Assembly (NCBI GenBank): GCA_045863295.1
Contig: BTWA01000031.1
Coordinates: 1 to 64,000, forward strand
DNA length: 64,000 bases
Direction of reading: 5' to 3'
Source of the DNA: Candidatus Hydrogenedentota bacterium
GTDB taxonomy: Bacteria; Hydrogenedentota; Hydrogenedentia; Hydrogenedentales; SLHB01
Under the pieces are notes generated by a model, which ran no database searches, was not told where the DNA came from, and saw only the letters and a list, made by a program, of their open reading frames with translations. Both the position numbers and the translations under genes were made by a program. Positions 36,792 to 47,395 of the stretch are shown here, in pieces (positions within the stretch are counted from its first letter, which is position 1; each line of letters begins with the position of its first letter).

Positions 36792-38003
36792 ATGAAACCA
36801 AAGCGGCTCGTCTCAATCGCCGTCCTTATGATTGCACTGGCCGGTTCCTGCGCTACCCAGAGCACACTCTCCGGCCTTCGCGCTGCATGTGTGGGACCGC
36901 TGGACCAAAAGAATCCAGACACTCATCAGGCAGTCCTGCAACATGCGCTCGACAAGGCGGGACCCGGCTCTGTTATCACTGTGGCCCCAGGTACGTATGC
37001 CATGTCTGATCCCAAAGGCCTGCGCGTGTACCAGGGCATGACCCTAATACTTACCGGAGCGACGTTTATTTGGTCCAGCGATGTTTCAGAGGACGGACAG
37101 ACCTTCCTCGTGGAAGACGCCTCCAACGTGAGCATTGAAGGAGGTCGTATCATTGGAATGCGATCCCAATGGGATCCCGGGGTCAACATCGCCGGAGTGC
37201 GAGCAATGGGGGAGTCCCACGACCTCACCATTCGCGGTCTGCATTGCGAAGATCTCAGCAGCAACGCCGTGGGGGTTTTCGGTGCCAGCGACGAAAATCC
37301 CATTCGATCCGTGCGTATCCAAGAGGTTACCGCGCGCAATTGCTGCAATTTTTACGGCGACTACCTGTCCACTGATCGCGGACCCGCGAAAGGAAGTGTG
37401 CGCGAAGATCAAGGCGGAGTTGCCTTCTATTTCGTGTCCAATTGGCAGGTGGACGGTTGCCGGTTCGAAAGGTCCCAATCCGACGGCACGCACTTTTATC
37501 ACGCACACAACGGCCAGTTCGTGAATTCCACGGTGACTCTCAGCCAGATGGGCGGCTACTTTTTGGAAGGGTGCGAAGATGTAGTCGCCATTGGCAACCG
37601 GTTCCATTCAAACGGGTCGCGCGGCGTCACCATTGAACGGGACAGCCGTAGATGCATTCTTGCCAACAATCTCATCGCGGAAAGCGGTCGAGAAGGACTT
37701 TGGGCACCCGATGCCGAACAACTCGTCGTTTCCCAAAACGTGTTCAAGGAAAACGGAATCAAGGACGACGCCGAAAAGGATTGCCATATCAGAATCGAAG
37801 ACACAAACGAATACGCCACCGTTCCGACGGGAGTCCGAATCGACGGCAACTTGTTTATAACCGCCGAACACCAGACCGCCGCCATTTGGGCGGGGTCCGG
37901 CGTTCGTGAGGTCAAAGTAAACGCCAACTCCTTTATTGGAGAAGGACTGCCGCTAAAACTGGCCGACAACGCCCGTGTCGACGTCAGCCCAAGCAACGGC
38001 TAA
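36792..38003 (+). CDS. Right-handed parallel beta-helix lipoprotein (pectin-lyase-like)
   Basis: Lipobox-like LAGSC; LQHALD..GPGSVITVAPGTY; repeated PbH1-like units. Confidence 0.75.
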   Translation: MKPKRLVSIAVLMIALAGSCATQSTLSGLRAACVGPLDQKNPDTHQAVLQHALDKAGPGSVITVAPGTYAMSDPKGLRVYQGMTLILTGATFIWSSDVSEDGQTFLVEDASNVSIEGGRIIGMRSQWDPGVNIAGVRAMGESHDLTIRGLHCEDLSSNAVGVFGASDENPIRSVRIQEVTARNCCNFYGDYLSTDRGPAKGSVREDQGGVAFYFVSNWQVDGCRFERSQSDGTHFYHAHNGQFVNSTVTLSQMGGYFLEGCEDVVAIGNRFHSNGSRGVTIERDSRRCILANNLIAESGREGLWAPDAEQLVVSQNVFKENGIKDDAEKDCHIRIEDTNEYATVPTGVRIDGNLFITAEHQTAAIWAGSGVREVKVNANSFIGEGLPLKLADNARVDVSPSNG

Positions 38004-38021
38004 TCGCGCTTGGCCAATGCC

Positions 38022-41000
38022 TTACGGCTTGTCCACCGTCTCAGCAGGCGCAGCTATCAAGTCGTGGTAGCGCGCAATCCAGTAAGCCAGCAGCCACGAT
38101 CCGCCGTCCACCTCCGTTCGTCCCTCGCCGCTGAGGTCAGGACCAAAGGTGCGCTGGTTGTGCGGAGCCGCGGGAATGCCGGCAACCCGCTGGCGAACAC
38201 CGTCACCACCGTTGGGCATGAACGGATCCGTATTCCATCGTGTGAAGTTTCGTTCGTCGCCGGGAAGAACGCGCGTCAATACCGGGTCGTCATGCCGGTT
38301 CAGGCGATCTTGAAAGGCCACGTCGGCACGATGACTGTTCATCATGGCCCACTGCCGCCGATCGGTCGGAATGTCCCGCAGAGTTTGCGCCGCGCTTTCG
38401 ATGTCCACGTATTGGCGATCGATCGTTGCAGTGGCAAAATCAAAAAAGCTGGAATGCTCCGTTTCCACGATTTGATAGTGCCGGCGGACTGCCCGGTGCA
38501 GAACATCCCGCGCCGCTGGGTCGTATTCCAGTTGTAGAATCGGGTACCACGCAACATAGCCGAGTTGGTTGTCGGAATGGTTGTTCGTATCCGGGAATAT
38601 CTTTTTCTGCAACTGAACGTTGCTCAAGTAATCATGCTCACCAATCAACTTCTCGTATTGCACCTTGTATTTGGGATCGCCTGTGATGTAATGCGCCGTC
38701 TTGATGAATGACAGAATCTCCAGCGAGTTCAAACCGTTCGCGCCCCACTCAAGCGGAGTATCGTTCAAGCGTTCAGGGTTCCAGTACCCCCAGAGCGTAA
38801 CTTCTCCATCCCAATCGATGAGTTGGTAGTTGTTGTCGAGTATGTAGTCGGTCACGTCGCGCACCTGCTTCTCGATAAGGGCGCGTTCCTCCGGAATGAA
38901 TTGCGCCACATGGCGCCAATACGCATAGAACGCAAAATAGTGTCCGTCAATCTCGTCGCTGGACGTGTCGCTCTTCCAATACATCGTCCCGTCCGGAGTA
39001 GGACGCCATTGTTCGCGGCCCGTCTTCGAACGGGACCGCAAAGACTGTTCGCGTTTCTTGATGCCTTCTTCCACGGGCAACACGCTTCGCGCCACCAATC
39101 CCGGTATACCGGAGGCATTCTGCAACATGACCATGGCGTGCATGCCTGTTTTCGCGGACTCCAGGTATTTCTCATTACCCGTTTCTGCATAGGCAAGAGA
39201 GGTTGCGACTACGTGATACGAAGTCCAGAGACCGTCATTGTCATCGTCAATAATAATGGAAGACGTGGGATTGTCGGCGCTGTCGAGCGTACAGGCGGAT
39301 ACCAGACCCAGCCGCCGGTTAAAGCGATTCAGACGAGCCTCCATGATCTCGGCCTTTTGCTCCAGCGTGCGCGGAATCTCGTCCAGCCGTGTCACGCCAG
39401 CTTCAGTCTTGAAATAGACCGGCATAGGGGAATCCTTAAACGCGATGGCCTGTACGCGATCGCCATTGAGGTACCGCTTGCCCGCCCGGTAGAACCATTG
39501 GCGGCCCTCCGCGTACGGCTTGTGCAGCGCCGCGCCGTGGGAAGTCCCAATCCACACGTTGTCTAACGAATCAATCGCCAATGCCGTCACGTCCTCCACC
39601 GGCAAACCTTGCTTTCCGCGAATTGCGGTCCAGGTTCCATCCGGGTTGAAGCAGGAAATACCCGCCGCGGTGCCGATCCACAGCACCCCCTTGGAATCCG
39701 CCGCCAATCCCGTAATACGCGACGACAACGGACCGTCCACGCCGTAATCATCATGGCGTGCCGCGCTGTTGCCCGTGCCCGCATAGAGCCCTTTCAGCGT
39801 ACCCACCCAAACCTTGTCGCCGATGCGAGCAATTGAGGTGATCGCCTCCGCGGCCACCGGCGGGTCAAGCGTCACGCCGCCCGCGTCGGGCGCCTTGAAC
39901 AGGCTCTCTGCTTCGATTGCTTCCGCTTCCGTCAAGACAGCCTTGACGTGCTCGCCAAATGGAACATCTTCAACAGGGGGCACTTCCCGATCCGGCTCCA
40001 TCGCGCGCGGATCATCGGTATTGCGAATCGGCGGAATAGTGTTCGCCAGCTCGTACGGCGTGTGGATCAGGGCGTCGTCCCAAATCCAACGTTCGTTGAA
40101 AGCCTGATGCTTCACACCGCCGTCCGGTCGTGCGTACACGACGTGAACTTCGCCTTGCGGCGTCACCGCAAGATTCGGATCGGCATTCGAGGTATCCCCG
40201 CGCTCGATGTCGCGAAACACATGCCATCCATCGCCCGCGTTTGTCGAAAGCCAAAGCGCCAGCCTGCGGCCTTCGCCTTCCGGAGCCGGATCCAAAGCAA
40301 GCAGAATATTTCCGGAAGGCAACGCCGCCGCCGCGATGGGCGAATTCGAGTTCGGCACCTCGATTTCCACCGGGGCAGACCACGTTTTGCCGTCGTCTCC
40401 GGATTCGCTGCGCCAAGCCTTGTACCGCTTCGAATGCGTTTGCATAAAGCACACAATCGATCCGTCGGCACGTTGCGCAAGGACCGGGCCGCCGTTGCCT
40501 CCTTCGCACGACAAAGGCTCCGACAACGCGAAAGTAGTTCCGTCATCCGTGGAATAGGCTACGCGCGACGATCGGCCACGAGTGTCCTCGATCGGCAGCA
40601 GCACCGCGCCTGAGGTCGTTCGCAAGGGCATGCCGCGCGTTTTCAGTCCGGATTCGCCAATGGCATTGGCCGGTTCGCCCCAAGTCTTGCCGCCATCCGT
40701 ACTGACCACGGAAGTCACCTTGCCGCCTGAGGTCATGTACACCACAATGCTGCCATCCGCGCGAACCAGCGGTGCCGGACCAGAACCGCCTTGCGCCACC
40801 AGCACCGCCGGCGTCCACGACGCGTTCTTGTTGGCAAGCGTGCTGGCAACAATGGTGCCTCGGCCGCCTTCACCGGTACTCCACACGCATAAATACGAGG
40901 CATCCGGCAGGGTCACCAACGCCGGGTTGGACGAATGCCTGTACGCGCCGTTCGGCACGGTCACTTCGTCGGCCCACGCGATGGCGGGCTGTTTCAGGTA

Positions 41001-41063
41001 GTCTGGCCGTTCCTGGGCCTGCGCGGTTGCACACAACATGATGAAGGCGAAAAATGGACGCAT
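38022..41063 (-). CDS. Secreted multidomain protein: Asp-box (sialidase-like) propeller, Reg_prop-like propeller, putative alpha/alpha barrel
   Basis: Signal peptide; Asp boxes STDGGKTW, STDDGTTF, SGDDGKTW; DSKGVLWIGT and DSLDNVWIGT repeats; acidic motifs DNDGLWT and DTSSDE. Confidence 0.75.
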   Translation of the reverse strand: MRPFFAFIMLCATAQAQERPDYLKQPAIAWADEVTVPNGAYRHSSNPALVTLPDASYLCVWSTGEGGRGTIVASTLANKNASWTPAVLVAQGGSGPAPLVRADGSIVVYMTSGGKVTSVVSTDGGKTWGEPANAIGESGLKTRGMPLRTTSGAVLLPIEDTRGRSSRVAYSTDDGTTFALSEPLSCEGGNGGPVLAQRADGSIVCFMQTHSKRYKAWRSESGDDGKTWSAPVEIEVPNSNSPIAAAALPSGNILLALDPAPEGEGRRLALWLSTNAGDGWHVFRDIERGDTSNADPNLAVTPQGEVHVVYARPDGGVKHQAFNERWIWDDALIHTPYELANTIPPIRNTDDPRAMEPDREVPPVEDVPFGEHVKAVLTEAEAIEAESLFKAPDAGGVTLDPPVAAEAITSIARIGDKVWVGTLKGLYAGTGNSAARHDDYGVDGPLSSRITGLAADSKGVLWIGTAAGISCFNPDGTWTAIRGKQGLPVEDVTALAIDSLDNVWIGTSHGAALHKPYAEGRQWFYRAGKRYLNGDRVQAIAFKDSPMPVYFKTEAGVTRLDEIPRTLEQKAEIMEARLNRFNRRLGLVSACTLDSADNPTSSIIIDDDNDGLWTSYHVVATSLAYAETGNEKYLESAKTGMHAMVMLQNASGIPGLVARSVLPVEEGIKKREQSLRSRSKTGREQWRPTPDGTMYWKSDTSSDEIDGHYFAFYAYWRHVAQFIPEERALIEKQVRDVTDYILDNNYQLIDWDGEVTLWGYWNPERLNDTPLEWGANGLNSLEILSFIKTAHYITGDPKYKVQYEKLIGEHDYLSNVQLQKKIFPDTNNHSDNQLGYVAWYPILQLEYDPAARDVLHRAVRRHYQIVETEHSSFFDFATATIDRQYVDIESAAQTLRDIPTDRRQWAMMNSHRADVAFQDRLNRHDDPVLTRVLPGDERNFTRWNTDPFMPNGGDGVRQRVAGIPAAPHNQRTFGPDLSGEGRTEVDGGSWLLAYWIARYHDLIAAPAETVDKP

Positions 41064-41246
41064 ACGAATACCCCGCGACTTGATTTGTAGATTAATGACA
41101 TTACAAGGGCGCTCACCGCAAACGGTATCACAATGCGGCGCATCCGTCCAGTTAGCCAATCGCGCGAATTGTGACAGAACGTTGCCAATGGCATCATGGT
41201 ATGGTTTACGTGTCTGAACGACGCCCAGCTAGTATGAGGTACGTCC

Positions 41247-43736
41247 ATGACCAGTCTGTTCGCAGTCACGTGTTATTTCTTTGTCGCCTTGCAGAGTTCC
41301 GTGCCAGAGGCCGATCCCCGAACCGCTCCGCAAGGAATGGCATTTGATATCGAAGTGGCCTACGGAAACGAATCCGCCCGTCAGGTGCTCGATATCCTCT
41401 ATTTCAAGGAGATTCGCATCGTACGCCCCGCGGTGATTCACATTCACGGCGGCGGGTGGTACACCGGCGACAAGGGCGGGGAAAGCACGTTCGCCCTCAT
41501 GAAGCGATTCGCCGAGGCCGGGTTTGTTGCCGTATCCATGAACTACCGGTTCTCCGATGAGGCGCCTTTCCCCGCCGCTGTGCAGGATGCAAAACGGGCC
41601 GTGCGCTGGCTCAAGGCGAACGCGGAAAAATACGGTGTAGACCCCAATCGCGTGGCGGCCATCGGCGCCTCTGCGGGCGGTCACCTCGCGGCCATGCTTG
41701 CGCTCACACAGCCCAAAGACGGCTTGGAAGGCGAAGGCATTCTTGAATACCCCAGCTCGGTCCGCGCCGCCGTGCCGGTATGCGCACCGTTTGATCTGGC
41801 CGAGGAGATCTTCTTCAAAGTTGCGACAGAAAAGGACCCGAACATCGGCAAGTTTCTGCCGGGCACGCTGGAGGAGAAGAGATCGCTTGCGCCAAAGGCC
41901 TCGCCATTGACGTATGTTCATCCCGAAGGGCCTCCCATGCTCATCGTACATGGAACAGACGACAAGGCAGTGCCTGTCGATCAGGCTCAACACATGGAAA
42001 CGGCCCTGCACGAAGTGAACGCCCCCTGCGAATCCATCATCGTCGAAGGCGGCAAACACGGCATGGGCATCGCCCGCGAAGAACCGGTGCTTACGCGAAT
42101 CGTCGAATTCCTTAAGCAACACCTGCACGCCACACCGGGCGCGCCAACCCAAACCATAGCCGCCTGGCAACAGAAGAAGTTCGGCATGTTTGTCCATTGG
42201 AACCCGTCCAGCCTGCGCGGCGAAGAAATCAGCTGGTCGCGCGGCGGCACTCGGCCGGGACTGCCAGACCTGCCACCCGGCGCAATCCCGGTCGAGGAGT
42301 ACGACGCACTGTACAAGGAGTTCAACCCAACGAAGTTCAACGCGGACGAGTGGGTGGCGATTGCGAAGTCCGCGGGCATGAAGTACCTGGTAATTACGAC
42401 GAAACACCACGATGGTTTCTGCATGTTCGATTCCAAACTCACGGAATTCTCCATCATGCATTCCCCATTCGGCCGCGATATCGTGGCCGAACTCGCCGAA
42501 GCATGCCGCAAGGGCGGAATCGGCTTCGGCGTGTACTACTCGCTCCCTGACTGGCATCACCCGGACTTTTTGACCGATCGACATGCAGAGTACATCGAGT
42601 ATCTGCACGGCCAGATCCGCGAATTATGCACCAACTACGGTCCACTCGAATGCGTCTGGTTCGACGGCGGCAAATCAGGCACCGTGGAAACCTGGGATTC
42701 CGAACGGCTCCTGCAACTCGTTCGTGAGTTGCAGCCCGCCGCGCTTGTCAATAACAGGACGCTCCTGCCCGGGGATTTTGATACGCCCGAACAAGTCGTG
42801 GGCCGGTACGACTACATCCGGCCATGGGAATCCTGCATCACCATTGGCCAACAGTGGGGATGGAAGCCAAACGACGACCTGAAGTCAGTCGACGAATGCA
42901 TTATGCTGCTCGCGCGGTGCGTCGGTGGCGGCGGCAATCTTGCGCTGAATGTCGGCCCCATGCCCACTGGTGAAATCGATCCCAGTCAGGTGCATCGATT
43001 GAAACAAGTGGGGGAGTGGATAGCCAAAAACGGTCATACCCTCGTCGATGCGCAAGGGGGACCGTATCCTCCAAGCTACTGGGGGGCCAGTACGCACCAG
43101 GGCAACTCGGTCTTTCTGCACCTGTTCGAGGGGTGGGAGTCTGGCCTCATACTCCCGCCGATGGAACTGTCCATCACGGGCGCGCGCACGGCCGACGGCT
43201 CCTTTATCGACATTACACAGGACAGCCAAGGCCTGCACGTCAACGTGCTGGAACCACTTCGCCGCCAACCACTCACGACGGTCGCTCTGGATCTGGAGGG
43301 GTCCGCTGCGACTATTGCCATCAAACCCACCGGCGTAGGCATCCCCGAGGGCACAACCGCCAGCGCCTCCAACGTCCGCCGCAACGAACCCAATTACGGC
43401 GCGGCCATGGCCGTGGATGATGATCCGCTGTCGCGCTGGGCCACCGACGACGGCGTGACGGCCACTTGGATAGAAATTGCCTTGCCGCATCCGATTGCAT
43501 TTGATGTCATACTGATCGACGAGGCATTTGGCAGTCGCGTGCAGGCTTTTCATCTGCAGGCGAACGAGAACGGAGAATGGAAGACATTCTACACGGGAAC
43601 CACCATGGGCCGGAACTGGGCGGCGAAATTCGCTCCGGTGAGGACGCAACAGATCCGGATCGATATTCCCAAGGCTACGGACGGGCCAACAATTCGCGAT
43701 GTGCAGTTTCATTACGTGTCGAACGAGGGGGAATGA
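41247..43736 (+). CDS. Fusion of an alpha/beta-hydrolase esterase, GH29 alpha-L-fucosidase and a F5/8 (CBM32-like) domain
   Basis: HGGGW, GASAGGHL, HGTDDKAVP, GGKHG; then KFGMFVHW, TTKHHDGF, WFDGG, LNVGP; C-terminal AVDDDPLSRW. Confidence 0.88.
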   Translation: MTSLFAVTCYFFVALQSSVPEADPRTAPQGMAFDIEVAYGNESARQVLDILYFKEIRIVRPAVIHIHGGGWYTGDKGGESTFALMKRFAEAGFVAVSMNYRFSDEAPFPAAVQDAKRAVRWLKANAEKYGVDPNRVAAIGASAGGHLAAMLALTQPKDGLEGEGILEYPSSVRAAVPVCAPFDLAEEIFFKVATEKDPNIGKFLPGTLEEKRSLAPKASPLTYVHPEGPPMLIVHGTDDKAVPVDQAQHMETALHEVNAPCESIIVEGGKHGMGIAREEPVLTRIVEFLKQHLHATPGAPTQTIAAWQQKKFGMFVHWNPSSLRGEEISWSRGGTRPGLPDLPPGAIPVEEYDALYKEFNPTKFNADEWVAIAKSAGMKYLVITTKHHDGFCMFDSKLTEFSIMHSPFGRDIVAELAEACRKGGIGFGVYYSLPDWHHPDFLTDRHAEYIEYLHGQIRELCTNYGPLECVWFDGGKSGTVETWDSERLLQLVRELQPAALVNNRTLLPGDFDTPEQVVGRYDYIRPWESCITIGQQWGWKPNDDLKSVDECIMLLARCVGGGGNLALNVGPMPTGEIDPSQVHRLKQVGEWIAKNGHTLVDAQGGPYPPSYWGASTHQGNSVFLHLFEGWESGLILPPMELSITGARTADGSFIDITQDSQGLHVNVLEPLRRQPLTTVALDLEGSAATIAIKPTGVGIPEGTTASASNVRRNEPNYGAAMAVDDDPLSRWATDDGVTATWIEIALPHPIAFDVILIDEAFGSRVQAFHLQANENGEWKTFYTGTTMGRNWAAKFAPVRTQQIRIDIPKATDGPTIRDVQFHYVSNEGE

Positions 43737-43777
43737 GGGAGCATGCTCGCCACCGGGTGGGGAAGTGAGATCGGGCC

Positions 43778-46700
43778 ATGAATAGAAGTACCACCGTGAA
43801 CCTGATGATTGGATTGGCCTTCCTGGTTGGCGCAGCGGCGGCGCAACAACCAATCGACCTGTTCCAACAAAACATCGTATCGCACACCCAGGGGTGGGGC
43901 GTGCCCGGTACCGGTGTTGCCGCGCACGCGCCAGACAAGGAACCCATGCGCATGCGCATTGATGCCACGGAATACACGTCGGGACTGGGCACGCACGCGC
44001 CATCCGTAACCGTAGTGATGTTGGAGGGTCAATACAGATCTTTCTCGGCGGACGCAGGCGTGCAATGGCAGGAAACTGGACCCGGCAGCGTCGTCATGCG
44101 GGTCGAACTGGACGGCAAGGAAGTCTTCAACAGCGGCACCATGAAGGGTACCGATTCAGCCAAACATGTCGACCTTCCCGTCACAGGGGCCGGCGAGCTG
44201 CGGCTCTACGTGGATAACGCCAACGACGGGATCGAAAATGATCTCGCGAATTGGGCCAATGCCACGCTGACACCCGATCCCGATGCAACCAAAGTAAGTC
44301 TTGCCGACGCCGTCGACATGGCGCTGTTCGCGACCGTGATGACGTGGGATCCCGCTCAGATAGAAGGCACCAAAGCGACTCGTCTCGAGACTATGCCCGA
44401 AGAAGATCTGTTTCCGGGGACCGCGTTACGGCCGGATGTGGACGGGGTTTATTCACTGCCGCCCTATGCGGATGGGCGTGGTAGCATCGGCCTGGAATGG
44501 ATCGAGCGGCGGCGCGTATCGCAAGTATCGGTCGAGTTCGCCGAGGCCCGCGACAACGTGCCCGGCGCGGAATGGCAGTACTGGAAGCGCACGGATCGAG
44601 CAGGATCGCGCTGGCAGGGATCGTGGGCGCCCATCAAGGGCGAGGAAACGCGCGAAGGAGCGACGTGGACGGTCAAGCCCACATGGGAAAACGCAAGCGA
44701 ATCGCGTGGCGGAGTGTTGAAAATTCGATGCGTGTTTCCAGCGTCTTCAATGCCAGTGCGTGTGAATGCCTTGCATGCATACACCTTGACCCGATGGAGA
44801 GAAGCGGACCTCCTGATCCAGTCGGATCAGTCCGGCGATGGGGCGTTCACTGTGTACAACGGCGCTCAGGTGGGATCCAGCAACTCGCGGGTGGAATGGA
44901 ATCTGCAAGACCCCCTGCGTGTGCGTGTTCGCTATTGCCCAGGGCGCCTCTGGGAGTTGACCGACCGGACAATCATTCGCTTTGCGCTTCCGAAAGGCGC
45001 GTTTGGCGTCGCGGTGGACGACGTCGTGAACAATGGCAGCGTCTATGTCGAGCATGCGGGGCTGCTGGTCAGTCTGGCGGACAAAGCGTCCACATTGGAA
45101 GAATACAGGCAATCCACGCTATCCAAGTCAACACTACTCGACAAGGTACGCGCCATGCCCGACCAAACAGCCGCGCAGGCCATGCGCCACGTGCATCGTG
45201 CCGACGGCGACCTTGGGCCCACCCTGTTGTCACTGGCGGCGGACAACCGGAAGTTTCTTGTGCAACGCGAAGGTGAGATCAGTTTCGATCGACGGCGTGA
45301 ACGGTACGACGTGTTCGAGAAACCTGTCTATGAACCGTTTGCCTGTCTCGTGAAGCCGGCATTTGGAAGCGGCCCGCACGATTTCGTAACCCGCTCGTTT
45401 CAATCCGATTGGTTGCCGGTGCAGGTGTTGACCGTGTCCAACGGCGGTGTTGAATACAAGCAGCGCACCTTTGTCGCACCCTATGGCGAGGAAGCGTCGC
45501 AAGGTACGCTGGCCTGGGTGCAGCATCGCGTGTTGGGTGTGGCGGAATTCTCGATGCTGAATCGTGGCAACGAACCCGCTGACGCGATGCTCTCGATTCA
45601 GTTCATGGCAAATGCCCCCGCGGGCGTCGCGGCCGATGTAGCGGAACACGATGGACAATTCATAGTCAGTAAAGACGGCGTGACAATCGCCGTGGTGACG
45701 TCGCCCGATTGGAAGGGGCTTTCCGTGACAACAGAGAGCGGATCTGTGCACATTGCGGGTTCCCTCGCGGCCAAGTCGGAAGCGCGGTGTGTCGTATTTA
45801 TGCCGCACTGGGAAGCCGCATCCTCGGCCGATCTCGTGGGTGTGCCGGATCCAGATTTGCTCGCGAGCCAGACCGAAGCGTACTGGCGCCGCATCATGGA
45901 ACCCGCGATGCACGTTGAGGTGCCGGATGCGCTCTTCAACAAGCTGATTCCAGCATCGCAGATGCACTGCCTGATGGCGGCGCGCAACGAAGATGCCGAT
46001 CGGGTCGCGCCTTGGATAGCCTCGTGGCATTATGGCCCCTTGGAAAGCGAGGGGCATTCCATCCTGCGCGGCATGGCCTACTGCGGTCACCCGGACTTCA
46101 CGCGTCGGGGTCTCGAATATTACATCGCAAGGTATAACGATCAGGGCTTCCTCACCACTGGCTACACCGTCATGGGCACCGGCTGGCATCTGTGGATGCT
46201 CGGCGAATTCTACACTCTCACACGAGACAAGACATGGCTGCGACAACACGCTCCGGCGATCGAAAAAGTCTGCCAATGGATCATAAACGAGCGCCGAAAG
46301 ACAATGCGCACCGACGATAAGGGCAACCGCGTGCCGGAGTATGGCCTCATGCCTCCCGGCGTCGGCGCGGATTGGGAAGTCTATTCCTACTATTTCTATT
46401 TGAACGGATACTACTGTGCGGGTTTGAGCGCCGCGGCGGGCGCCCTCGCGGATATCGAATGGGAGGGCGCACAAGCCATGGTCAGCGACGCCGCCGCGTT
46501 TCGCGATGACATTGTGCGCGCATATCACTTCGTGCAAAGCCAGGCGCCCGTGTTTCCATTGCGAGACGGCACGTGGGTGCCCGAGTATCCCACGCATGCG
46601 CTGTCGCCCATGCCCATCGAGTTCCTGTACCCGGGCGAGGATGTCGGGCGAAGTTGGTGCTATGACGTGGAGCTCGGCGCGCATCACCTCATCCCCATGG

Positions 46701-47386
46701 GTATTCTGCCAGCCGATGGCCCCGATTCCACCTGGATAATGGACCACATGGAAGACGTTCAGTTCCTGCGGCCCGGTTGGTTCTACTACGAAGATGCGAA
46801 GAAAAACGAAGCCGATTGGTTTAACCTCGGCGGATTCGCCAAAGTGCAGCCCTATTACGCACGCACGGGTGAAGTGTACGCCCTGCGTGACGAGGTTAAG
46901 CCGTTTTTGCGAACGTATTTCAACAGCGTCATGTCGCTGTTGAACCGAGAGGACCTCTCCCTATGGGAACACTTCATGAACGGGGCCTACAATAAGACCC
47001 ACGAAACCGGCTACTTCCTGCATCAGACCCGCCTCATGCTCGTTCACGAACGTGGAAACGAACTGTGGCTCGCGCCGTTCGTAACGAACAATTGGATGCG
47101 CGAAGGCATGCGTGTGGCCATGCGAAATGCTCCGACGGCCTTTGGCCAGGTTGATTACACAATCACCTCGCACGTGGACCAAGACTACATGGAAGCGACC
47201 ATTGTCCCGCCCACAAGGCAGGCCCCAGAGGCCATCGTCATTCGTCTGCGGCACCCGGAGGGCCGGCGAATGGCGTATGTCAGCGCCACCGGCGGGGAGA
47301 GTCACACGTTTGACACGGAAGAGGAGACCGTGCGGCTGATTCCCAAGGGGGAGGAAATTAGAATTCGGGCTCATTTCTCGCCATGA
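43778..47386 (+). CDS. Secreted protein with an N-terminal NPCBM/NEW2 domain and a C-terminal six-hairpin glycosidase-like domain
   Basis: GLGTHAPS, SFSADAGV, ANWANATL (NPCBM); aromatic helical C-terminal half (GTGWHLW, YGLMPPG); terminal NAPTAFGQVDY beta domain. Confidence 0.65.
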   Translation: MNRSTTVNLMIGLAFLVGAAAAQQPIDLFQQNIVSHTQGWGVPGTGVAAHAPDKEPMRMRIDATEYTSGLGTHAPSVTVVMLEGQYRSFSADAGVQWQETGPGSVVMRVELDGKEVFNSGTMKGTDSAKHVDLPVTGAGELRLYVDNANDGIENDLANWANATLTPDPDATKVSLADAVDMALFATVMTWDPAQIEGTKATRLETMPEEDLFPGTALRPDVDGVYSLPPYADGRGSIGLEWIERRRVSQVSVEFAEARDNVPGAEWQYWKRTDRAGSRWQGSWAPIKGEETREGATWTVKPTWENASESRGGVLKIRCVFPASSMPVRVNALHAYTLTRWREADLLIQSDQSGDGAFTVYNGAQVGSSNSRVEWNLQDPLRVRVRYCPGRLWELTDRTIIRFALPKGAFGVAVDDVVNNGSVYVEHAGLLVSLADKASTLEEYRQSTLSKSTLLDKVRAMPDQTAAQAMRHVHRADGDLGPTLLSLAADNRKFLVQREGEISFDRRRERYDVFEKPVYEPFACLVKPAFGSGPHDFVTRSFQSDWLPVQVLTVSNGGVEYKQRTFVAPYGEEASQGTLAWVQHRVLGVAEFSMLNRGNEPADAMLSIQFMANAPAGVAADVAEHDGQFIVSKDGVTIAVVTSPDWKGLSVTTESGSVHIAGSLAAKSEARCVVFMPHWEAASSADLVGVPDPDLLASQTEAYWRRIMEPAMHVEVPDALFNKLIPASQMHCLMAARNEDADRVAPWIASWHYGPLESEGHSILRGMAYCGHPDFTRRGLEYYIARYNDQGFLTTGYTVMGTGWHLWMLGEFYTLTRDKTWLRQHAPAIEKVCQWIINERRKTMRTDDKGNRVPEYGLMPPGVGADWEVYSYYFYLNGYYCAGLSAAAGALADIEWEGAQAMVSDAAAFRDDIVRAYHFVQSQAPVFPLRDGTWVPEYPTHALSPMPIEFLYPGEDVGRSWCYDVELGAHHLIPMGILPADGPDSTWIMDHMEDVQFLRPGWFYYEDAKKNEADWFNLGGFAKVQPYYARTGEVYALRDEVKPFLRTYFNSVMSLLNREDLSLWEHFMNGAYNKTHETGYFLHQTRLMLVHERGNELWLAPFVTNNWMREGMRVAMRNAPTAFGQVDYTITSHVDQDYMEATIVPPTRQAPEAIVIRLRHPEGRRMAYVSATGGESHTFDTEEETVRLIPKGEEIRIRAHFSP

Positions 47387-47395
47387 GGACATGAC

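Noticed and set aside
41229..46747. Long minus-strand ORFs 41229-42608, 42885-44003 and 45230-46747
   Set aside because: Antisense to well-supported plus-strand genes, with no recognisable domains.
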